Assembly: GCA_964507075.1 (NCBI GenBank)
Contig: CAZDOL010000008.1
Coordinates: 3,414-9,785 of the forward strand
DNA length: 6,372 bases
Direction of reading: 5' to 3'
Origin: an uncultured Gammaproteobacteria bacterium
GTDB lineage: Bacteria > Patescibacteriota > Patescibacteriia > UBA2591 > UBA6264
Shown in pieces: positions 1 through 4,574 of the stretch. A program made the position numbers and the translations under genes. Numbering within the stretch: position 1 is the stretch's first letter; each line of letters opens with the position of its first letter. Below the pieces are notes generated by a model. The model was not told where the DNA came from, ran no database searches, and worked only from the letters and a program-made list of their open reading frames with translations.

Positions 1-500
1 TCGTTTTTTATCTTTTCCGCTAGATTTAAAATTTTTCCTGTTTTTATCTTACATTCTTGTTCTAAAAAAAATTTATTGACCCCAGGAATCATTAAAAACC
101 AATTTTTAATCAAAGTCAAAATCTTAGAGACAATAATCTTTGTCTGGCTAATAATATTTTTAATCTCTTTCGCGGTTTCTTCTCCCTTCTTTTTAAAGTC
201 TTCTTTAAAATTTTCCGGTAAATTCTTGTAAATTTCTTCCATATCCTCAGAAAGAATTGTTTCAATGTCCTTAGAAATTTTATCCTCCTGAACTTGTGAA
301 ATTGGGGCTGAAGTAGGAATTGCAACGCCCAAAGGAGTCGCTACTGGTTCTGCTTTTTCAGTGCTGATTTGACTGCTTTCAATTTTTTCCTGCTCAAATT
401 CTGGTTCTTTTTCTGTTTGAGGCTGAGGTCGAGCTGTTTCATCTATTGGTTTTTCTAAATCAAATAGCTTTTTTTCTTTGTTTTGAGATGGTTCAAGCAT
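1..500 (-). CDS. Hypothetical protein. The 5' end is complete (ATG = reverse complement of 498-500) and the 3' end is cut by the window edge, leaving the first 166 codons. N-terminal half is E/K/P/Q-rich and low complexity; C-terminal part contains ...KNWFLMIPGVNKFFLEQECKIKTGKILNLAEKIKN
   Basis: Manual reverse-complement translation from 500 down to 1 is open throughout: MLEPSQNKEKKLFDLEKPIDETARPQPQTEKEPEFEQEKIESSQISTEKAEPVATPLGVAIPTSAPISQVQEDKISKDIETILSEDMEEIYKNLPENFKEDFKKKGEETAKEIKNIISQTKIIVSKILTLIKNWFLMIPGVNKFFLEQECKIKTGKILNLAEKIKN... It is missing from the ORF track, presumably because it has no stop inside the window. The listed 116..325(-) ORF is a different frame of the same strand. 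No family recognised. Confidence 0.6.
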   Translation of the reverse strand, partial: MLEPSQNKEKKLFDLEKPIDETARPQPQTEKEPEFEQEKIESSQISTEKAEPVATPLGVAIPTSAPISQVQEDKISKDIETILSEDMEEIYKNLPENFKEDFKKKGEETAKEIKNIISQTKIIVSKILTLIKNWFLMIPGVNKFFLEQECKIKTGKILNLAEKIKN

Positions 501-559
501 ATATTCTAATTAATTTCTATTATGTTTATTTATAAAGTATATATAAAATCACAACAAAT

Positions 560-707
560 GTAAACCCACACACCAAACATCAATAATTCTCTCTCGCATT
601 TTTAAACCCCATTAAAATAAAGTGATTTTTTACCACAAAAAGATTAAATCGCAAAACAGTGGCTCGCATTAAAAATGCATTGATGTTATTGTGTGGGGGT
701 AAACCCA
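560..707. repeat. Imperfect long-range inverted repeat (arms 565-584 and 679-697) bracketed by a 9-bp direct repeat GTAAACCCA (560-568 and 699-707). MITE-like footprint or closing helix of a structured RNA
   Basis: CCCACACACCAAACATCAAT (565-584) is complementary to ATTGATGTTATTGTGTGGG (679-697). That gives 9 bp (576-584/679-687), a 3x2 internal loop, then 8 bp (565-572/690-697). A further 10-bp helix lies inside: GCATTTTTAA 596-605 with TTAAAAATGC 669-678. CTCGCATT occurs twice (593-600, 663-670). TAAACCC(C)A occurs three times (561-568, 603-611, 700-707). Confidence 0.55.
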
Positions 708-738
708 TTAATTTTATGTAACAATCCCCCTTTTGTTT
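695..738 (+). terminator. Weak candidate intrinsic terminator or structural hairpin: GGGGG (695-699) pairs with CCCCC (726-730), followed by TTTTGTTT
   Basis: Five consecutive G:C pairs, rare in this AT-rich DNA, are followed directly by a T-run on the plus strand only. The 26-nt loop is far larger than in canonical terminators, hence the low confidence. Confidence 0.3.
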
Positions 739-743
739 CGTCT

Positions 744-780
744 TAATGAGTAATGCTAATACTAATAGTATGAGTATGAG
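744..780. repeat. Degenerate hexanucleotide tandem repeat (about 6 units)
   Basis: taatgag / taatgc / taatac / taatag / tatgag / tatgag. The five clean 6-nt units run 751-780, including two perfect TATGAG copies at 769-780. Confidence 0.6.
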
Positions 781-800
781 AAAACTAAAATATATTTTGT

Positions 801-836
801 GCCCCCGATATGCAATTTAGCTAGGGGGCTTTTTAT
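801..836 (+). terminator. Candidate intrinsic terminator: GCCCCC (801-806) pairs with GGGGGC (824-829), then TTTTT (830-834). It abuts the stop codon of the convergent tsaC
   Basis: A 6-bp all-G:C stem is followed at once by T5 on the plus strand. On the minus strand the stem is preceded by A5 and followed by ACAAAATATATTTT, which is non-canonical. The 17-nt loop is atypical. It may also terminate tsaC, whose stop is at 833-835. Confidence 0.4.
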
Positions 837-1363
837 TCACGAATAATTTTTTGATTAACCAAATCAACAACTGTAGATGCCTTTTGATATCGGCACTTCC
901 CCTGAACAACAAAATCAACCTTAAGTTTAATGTCTTGACCCCTAAAAACATCTCTTTGTCCGCTTAGGTTTGCTGATGTAGCGGTAATGGGAAATTTTGC
1001 CATTTTAATTATTTTTATTGCCCATTGATTATCGGGAAATCTAATGCCAACTAATTCACTATTAGCGGTTATCAAATTTGAGACCTCTTTTTTCTTCTTT
1101 AAAAGCACGGTTATTGGCCCTGGCAACAACTGTTTTAAGATGGCTCTTTGATTTTTGGAGATTTCAGCGATTCTCTCAATCATCTCAAAATTTGCTACTG
1201 CTATTGATAAGGGTTTGTTAAAGTCTCTGCCCTTTAAGGCAAAGACTTTTTCCACAGCTGTTTGATTAAAAATATCAACACCCAAGCCATAAATTGTATC
1301 AGTAGGGTATGCGATTAGACCACCTTTTTTTAAAATTTCTACTGCTTTTTCTATTTGGTTCAT
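833..1363 (-). CDS. tsaC: L-threonylcarbamoyladenylate synthase for tRNA t6A37 synthesis, TsaC/YrdC family. Short single-domain form (176 aa) without a Sua5 C-terminal domain
   Basis: Complete ORF, ATG to TAA. The translation carries YrdC-domain hallmarks: AYPTDTIYGLGVD, KGRDFNKPLSI, LPGPITVLL, VGIRFPDN, ITATSANLSGQ, ASTVVDL. Confidence 0.9.
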   Translation of the reverse strand: MNQIEKAVEILKKGGLIAYPTDTIYGLGVDIFNQTAVEKVFALKGRDFNKPLSIAVANFEMIERIAEISKNQRAILKQLLPGPITVLLKKKKEVSNLITANSELVGIRFPDNQWAIKIIKMAKFPITATSANLSGQRDVFRGQDIKLKVDFVVQGKCRYQKASTVVDLVNQKIIRE

Positions 1364-1430
1364 ATTCTTAAAATTAAGATAATACCTTTATTTTCAATTG
1401 ATATACAATTTTGTCAAGAGTTTTAATTAT

Positions 1431-1459
1431 TTGACAAATAGGGAAATATTTGATATTAT
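1431..1459 (+). promoter_or_regulatory. Near-consensus sigma70-type promoter for the 1494 membrane-protein gene: TTGACA-N17-TATTAT with an extended -10 TG
   Basis: TTGACA at 1431-1436, a 17-nt spacer ending in TGa (1451-1453), TATTAT at 1454-1459, about 35 nt upstream of the ATG. TTGACAA (1431-1437) is the exact inverted copy of TTGTCAA (1411-1417), which read on the minus strand gives a -35 hexamer facing tsaC. Confidence 0.55.
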
Positions 1460-1493
1460 TTAAATAATCATTAAAAATGGAAAGGAGGCCCAA

Positions 1494-1946
1494 ATGTGGC
1501 CAATGATCTTAAACTTATTAACCTTATCATTGAACTCGGATTTGGCTATTATTCAATTTTTCGCTTTTGATTATAGTCCTTTTCTGACTTTTTTGGTCGT
1601 TTTCACTTGGACTAATTTGAGTGTTGTTATAACCTTTTGTCTCGCTGGACTTCTAAATAAAAAGGTAATTGAGAAAAAAGGATGGCGAACGAAATTCGCC
1701 AATTTGAAATGGGTCCGAAGAACTCAGAGAGCAATGAAAAGGGGTCGAAAAAAATTCCTGGCCTGGCTCTTAAAACAAGAAAAAATTATTATCCTTCTCG
1801 TTCTTTTGATTCCCGGAGTTCCCGTAGTAAAGGGCGTAGCTATTGTTGTTGCGCGTATGTCAGGGTTAAAAAATATTTTAGCCTTGATGCTCATCACCAA
1901 CACTCTGCGTGTGTTAGTAATAATATTTTTTGTTTATTCAATTTAA
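1494..1946 (+). CDS. Small integral membrane protein of unknown function (150 aa). Two hydrophobic pairs are separated by a strongly basic loop
   Basis: Only gene in the window with a canonical RBS: GGAGG at 1484-1488, 5 nt before the ATG. Hydrophobic stretches cover roughly residues 1-55 and 98-150, with a K/R-rich linker (KKGWRTKFANLKWVRRTQRAMKRGRKKF). It sits between a strong promoter and a strong terminator. No family confidently recognised. Confidence 0.7.
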   Translation: MWPMILNLLTLSLNSDLAIIQFFAFDYSPFLTFLVVFTWTNLSVVITFCLAGLLNKKVIEKKGWRTKFANLKWVRRTQRAMKRGRKKFLAWLLKQEKIIILLVLLIPGVPVVKGVAIVVARMSGLKNILALMLITNTLRVLVIIFFVYSI

Positions 1947-1947
1947 A

Positions 1948-1990
1948 AAGGACATCTTGAAACCAAAGATGTCCTTGCTCTTTTCTGTTT
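1948..1990. terminator. Bidirectional intrinsic terminator shared by the membrane-protein gene (+) and tRNA-Glu (-)
   Basis: Perfect 11-bp stem, AAGGACATCTT (1948-1958) with AAGATGTCCTT (1966-1976), and a 7-nt loop. On the plus strand it is followed by GCTCTTTTCTGTTT. On the minus strand the terminal A:T pairs plus A1945-1947 read as a T-run (TTTTTAAAT). It starts 2 nt after the TAA at 1944-1946 and ends against the tRNA 3' end at 1991. Confidence 0.7.
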
Positions 1991-2065
1991 TGGTAGCCCT
2001 ATGGAGAATTGAACTCCAGTTTCTTGGATGAGAACCAAGTGTCCTAACCACTAGACGATAGGGCC
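1991..2065 (-). tRNA. tRNA-Glu (anticodon CUC), 75 nt, with genomically encoded CCA
   Basis: Reverse complement: GGCCCTA TC GTCT AGTGGTTA GGAC A CTTGG TTCTCAT CCAAG AAAC TGGAG TTCAATT CTCCA TAGGGCT A CCA. This folds as a full cloverleaf with a 7-bp acceptor stem (G1-U72 wobble), a Glu-type D arm, anticodon loop U-U-CUC-A-U, a 4-nt variable loop and a TTCAATT T-loop. Confidence 0.9.
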
Positions 2066-2076
2066 GAGATATTTTT

Positions 2077-2105
2077 AATATAGCATAAATTCTTATTCTC
2101 GGCAA
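2077..2105 (-). promoter_or_regulatory. Candidate promoter for tRNA-Glu: TTGCCG-N17-TATATT with an extended -10 TG (read on the minus strand)
   Basis: The -35 is the reverse complement of 2100-2105 (CGGCAA). The -10 is the reverse complement of 2077-2082 (AATATA). The spacer is 17 nt and ends in TGc. The -10 ends 11 nt before the mature tRNA 5' end, implying a short leader removed by RNase P. Confidence 0.5.
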
Positions 2106-2110
2106 ATTCC

Positions 2111-2138
2111 TTGCCAAATATTAAATAAGGTTTAGAAT
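2111..2138 (+). promoter_or_regulatory. Candidate plus-strand promoter TTGCCA-N16-TAGAAT, back-to-back with the tRNA-Glu promoter
   Basis: TTGCCA at 2111-2116 and TAGAAT at 2133-2138. CGGCAA (2100-2105) and TTGCCA (2111-2116) form an inverted pair of -35-like boxes 5 nt apart. Predicted start is near 2146, about 160 nt upstream of glyA. Confidence 0.45.
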
Positions 2139-2145
2139 ATAGATA

Positions 2146-2259
2146 AATATTAAGGGGGTAATAAAAATGCGAACACAACAAATGTGAAGGCGACACAGAA
2201 TTGTTAAGCCAGTTACTAAGCCAAAAAAGACCGTGGTTCAAAACCGCGGTTTTAATTTT
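2146..2259 (+). ncRNA. Candidate terminated leader or small RNA upstream of glyA (class unknown). It contains an SD-preceded 6-codon mini-ORF and two hairpins
   Basis: Bounded by the 2111-2138 promoter and the 2230-2259 terminator. AAGGGGG (2152-2158) lies 8 nt before ATG CGA ACA CAA CAA ATG TGA (2167-2187). An interrupted hairpin pairs 2177-2181 with 2201-2205 and 2183-2186 with 2194-2197. TAAGCC is repeated directly (2205-2210, 2217-2222). No known riboswitch core recognised. Confidence 0.35.
2230..2259 (+). terminator. Intrinsic terminator-like hairpin inside the glyA upstream region
   Basis: ACCGTGGTT (2230-2238) pairs with AACCGCGGT (2242-2250): 9 bp including one G-U pair, with a 3-nt loop. 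It is preceded by A6 (2223-2228) and followed by TTTAATTTT (2251-2259). Confidence 0.55.
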
Positions 2260-2307
2260 CAATTCTAATCACTTGATTTTGATTGAAAAATAATATAAAA
2301 TAATGTC

Positions 2308-3564
2308 ATGACTCATATCAACAAAGTTGACCCTCAAATTGCCAAATTAATATCTCAAGAAAAAAGGAGACAAAAGAAAGGTTTAGTTCTTATTCCTTCC
2401 GAGAATTTTGTTTCTTCAGCCGTATTAGAGGCCATAGGTTCAATTTGTACCAATAAATACGCAGAGGGATATCCAGGCAAAAGATATTATAGTGGCAATA
2501 AATATATTGATAAAATTGAAATAATAGCCCAAGAAAGAGCTAAAAAAATATTCCACGCTCAACATGCCAATGTTCAGCCCTATTCTGGCTCTCCGGCTAA
2601 TTTAGCTGTTTATTTAGCTTTAGCTCAACCGGGCGATACTATTATGGGCATGAGTTTAGCTCAAGGTGGACATTTAACTCACGGCCATAAGGTAAATATT
2701 TCGGGTAAGCTTTTTAACTTTATTCAATACGGGGTTGATAAAAAAACTCATTTAATCAATTATGAGGAAATAGAAAAATTAGCAAAAAAGCATCGCCCCA
2801 AAATCATTGTTTCTGGAGCTACCGCTTATTCTAGAATTATTAAATTTAAAAAAATCCATCAAATTGCCCATAAAATAGGGGCAATTAGTATGGCTGATAT
2901 ATCTCATATTGCTGGCTTAATTGTTGCTAAGTGTCATCCAAGTCCCCTACCTTTTACTGATGTAGTAACAACTACTACTCATAAAACGCTAAGGGGTCCG
3001 CGCGGAGCTATTATTATGAGTAAAAAAGAATATGCCTCAGCCATTGATAAAATGGTTTTTCCTGGATTACAAGGTGGTCCTCACGAAAATAACATTGCTG
3101 GTATAGCAGTAGCCCTAAAAGAGGCCTCTAATAAAAGTTTTCGAAAATATGGTGAACAAATTATTAAAAATTCTAAAGCATTAGCCCAATCTTTAAAAGA
3201 ACAAGAACTAAATCTTGTTTCAGGGGGAACAGATAATCATCTTGTTTTAATTGATTTAACCGAGAATAAAATTACCGGCAAACAAGCAGAGAAAGTTTTA
3301 GAAGAAACAAGAATTTATGTCAACAAAAATACTATTCCTTATGATACTCGTAGTCCTTTCAATCCTTCGGGAATCAGGTTGGGCACTCCAGCCTTAACCA
3401 CTCAGGGCTTTAAAGAAAAAGAAATGAGAATAATTGGGAAATTAATTGCTCAAACAATACATAATATAGACAAGCCCAAAATATTAAAACAAATCAAACG
3501 AAAAGTAAAAGAATTAATAATTTCTCATGATATTAGACGGCAAAAAAATAGCCGAAAAAATTAG
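2308..3564 (+). CDS. glyA: Serine hydroxymethyltransferase (PLP-dependent)
   Basis: Complete 418-aa ORF. SHMT signatures along the whole length: LIPSENFVS, NKYAEGYPGKRYY, ANVQPYSGSPANLAVY, GGHLTHG, and the PLP-lysine motif VVTTTTHKTLRGPRG. No SD upstream of the ATG. Confidence 0.97.
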   Translation: MTHINKVDPQIAKLISQEKRRQKKGLVLIPSENFVSSAVLEAIGSICTNKYAEGYPGKRYYSGNKYIDKIEIIAQERAKKIFHAQHANVQPYSGSPANLAVYLALAQPGDTIMGMSLAQGGHLTHGHKVNISGKLFNFIQYGVDKKTHLINYEEIEKLAKKHRPKIIVSGATAYSRIIKFKKIHQIAHKIGAISMADISHIAGLIVAKCHPSPLPFTDVVTTTTHKTLRGPRGAIIMSKKEYASAIDKMVFPGLQGGPHENNIAGIAVALKEASNKSFRKYGEQIIKNSKALAQSLKEQELNLVSGGTDNHLVLIDLTENKITGKQAEKVLEETRIYVNKNTIPYDTRSPFNPSGIRLGTPALTTQGFKEKEMRIIGKLIAQTIHNIDKPKILKQIKRKVKELIISHDIRRQKNSRKN

Positions 3565-4312
3565 AAAACAATTAAAAAACAATATTGAAAGGCGTAAATT
3601 AATCCCTGGCTTAGCAATAATTTTAATTGGTAAAAATCCTAATTCAGCTATTTATGTTAAACTAAAACAAAAAGCCAGCAAAAAAATAGGTGTCAAATGC
3701 CAAACATTTTTTTTAAATTCAGGGTGTAAACAAAAAGATGTCCTAAATTTAATAGAAAAATTAAACAATGACCCCAAAACACATGGTATTATAATTCAAA
3801 TGCCATTACCTAAACGGCTAAATCCTGATTTATTGGTAGATTCTATTTTGACCAGCAAAGATGTTGACGGTTTTCAAAAAAAATCAAAATTTAATTCCCC
3901 TACCCATCAAGCAATTATTAGATTAATAAAAGAAAGCAAACAAAATTTAAAGAATAGAAAAGCCTTAATTTTGTGTAAAAGTCCTATATTTGCCTATCCT
4001 CTCAAAAATCTTTTAGAAAAACACTCAATACTCACATCTTGGGAGGTGAAACCCTCTAAGAATATTTGCAAAGCAGATATCCTGATTAGCGCGTTAGGAG
4101 AGCCAAATGTCATTAAACCCAAAATGGTGAAAAAAAATGCTATTGTAATTGATGTTGGTTATAGTAGAATTAAAAACAAAGCATGGGGTGATGTAGGTTC
4201 TAAAATGAAAGAAAAAAATGTCTTTTTGTCGCCCGTGCCTGGCGGAGTTGGACCATTAACGGTTGCTTATTTACTAAGAAACGTTTATTTATCCGCTCGT
4301 AACAAAAAATAA
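3527..4312 (+). CDS. folD: Bifunctional 5,10-methylene-tetrahydrofolate dehydrogenase / methenyl-THF cyclohydrolase. Short, divergent form (261 aa)
   Basis: N-terminus MILDGKKIA, YVKLKQKA (catalytic Tyr/Lys region), GIIIQMPLP, KDVDGF, VIDVG and SPVPGGVGPLTVAYLL are all FolD hallmarks. The start overlaps the glyA 3' end by 38 nt. Confidence 0.9.
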   Translation: MILDGKKIAEKIRKQLKNNIERRKLIPGLAIILIGKNPNSAIYVKLKQKASKKIGVKCQTFFLNSGCKQKDVLNLIEKLNNDPKTHGIIIQMPLPKRLNPDLLVDSILTSKDVDGFQKKSKFNSPTHQAIIRLIKESKQNLKNRKALILCKSPIFAYPLKNLLEKHSILTSWEVKPSKNICKADILISALGEPNVIKPKMVKKNAIVIDVGYSRIKNKAWGDVGSKMKEKNVFLSPVPGGVGPLTVAYLLRNVYLSARNKK

Positions 4313-4352
4313 TTTATCTCAAATTATATTAATTCATTAAATTGTTTATTTT

Positions 4353-4574
4353 ATGTCAAAAATGTTAAGCATTATTCAAATTATCGTATCTTTGTTATTG
4401 GTTGCCTCCATTCTCTTTCAATCGCGAGAAGGAGGATTATCTAGTTTATTTGGAGGGGGAGGAGAGGTTTATCGCACCAAAAGAGGTTTAGAAAAAACAA
4501 TTTTTATTGCTACTATTTTTCTGGCTGTTATCTTTATTGGGATAGGAATTGCTCGCTTTTTGTTGGCTAAATAA
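4353..4574 (+). CDS. secG: Preprotein translocase subunit SecG
   Basis: 73 aa with two hydrophobic helices flanking a Gly-rich loop: ILFQSREGGLSSLFGGGGEVYRTKRGLEKTIFIATIFLAVIF. This matches the SecG pattern LLQ.GKG.G....FGG....RG....L.K.T in both size and topology. Confidence 0.8.
   Translation: MSKMLSIIQIIVSLLLVASILFQSREGGLSSLFGGGGEVYRTKRGLEKTIFIATIFLAVIFIGIGIARFLLAK

Noticed and set aside
116-325. 69-aa ORF on the minus strand from the ORF track
   Set aside because: It is out of frame with the longer open frame 500..1 on the same strand. Its R/K/L/F-rich composition is typical of a shadow frame, and no motifs are present.
522-563. 13-codon ORF MFIYKVYIKSQQM on the plus strand
   Set aside because: No RBS. 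It lies in the A/T-rich promoter region of the 500..1 gene, and ORFs of this length are expected by chance.
625-700. DnaA-box-like strings (TTACCACAA at 631-639, TGTGTGGGG at 690-698) plus repeats, suggesting oriC
   Set aside because: Neither matches TTATCCACA without an indel. There is no cluster of boxes and no dnaA/dnaN context.
580-708. 42-codon minus-strand ORF (MGLPPHNNINAFLMRATVLRFNLFVVKNHFILMGFKNARENY) spanning the inverted-repeat element
   Set aside because: The nearest SD-like sequence (AAGGGGGA) is about 19 nt away, which is too far. The ORF is exactly the interior of the repeat element, and its composition is not protein-like. The repeat/RNA explanation is more economical.
744-780. 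CRISPR-like or other spaced-repeat array
   Set aside because: The units are contiguous 6-mers with no spacers. No longer repeat-spacer periodicity appears anywhere in the window.
1682-1960. 92-aa ORF on the plus strand
   Set aside because: It lies entirely within, and out of frame with, the 1494-1946 membrane-protein gene, which has a strong RBS, promoter and terminator. It has no RBS and runs into the terminator stem.
2232-2248. tRNA-like T-arm (CGTGG TTCAAAA CCGCG) suggesting a tRNA, tRNA fragment or tmRNA end
   Set aside because: No complementary acceptor 5' strand, D arm or anticodon arm can be built upstream. The flanking A- and T-tracts fit a terminator hairpin better.
2044-2262. 72-aa ORF on the minus strand
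   Set aside because: Its 3' end overlaps tRNA-Glu, and the rest covers the promoter/leader spacer. Low-complexity, AT-driven translation with no RBS.
2146-2307. Known ZTP (pfl) or THF riboswitch upstream of glyA
   Set aside because: These classes commonly precede glyA/folD. I could not find the remembered conserved cores: GGGUCGUGACUGGCG with CCGCCUGGGC for ZTP, or the THF junction sequences. ACCGCGG at 2243-2249 is only a superficial resemblance. A covariance-model scan is needed for a definitive no.
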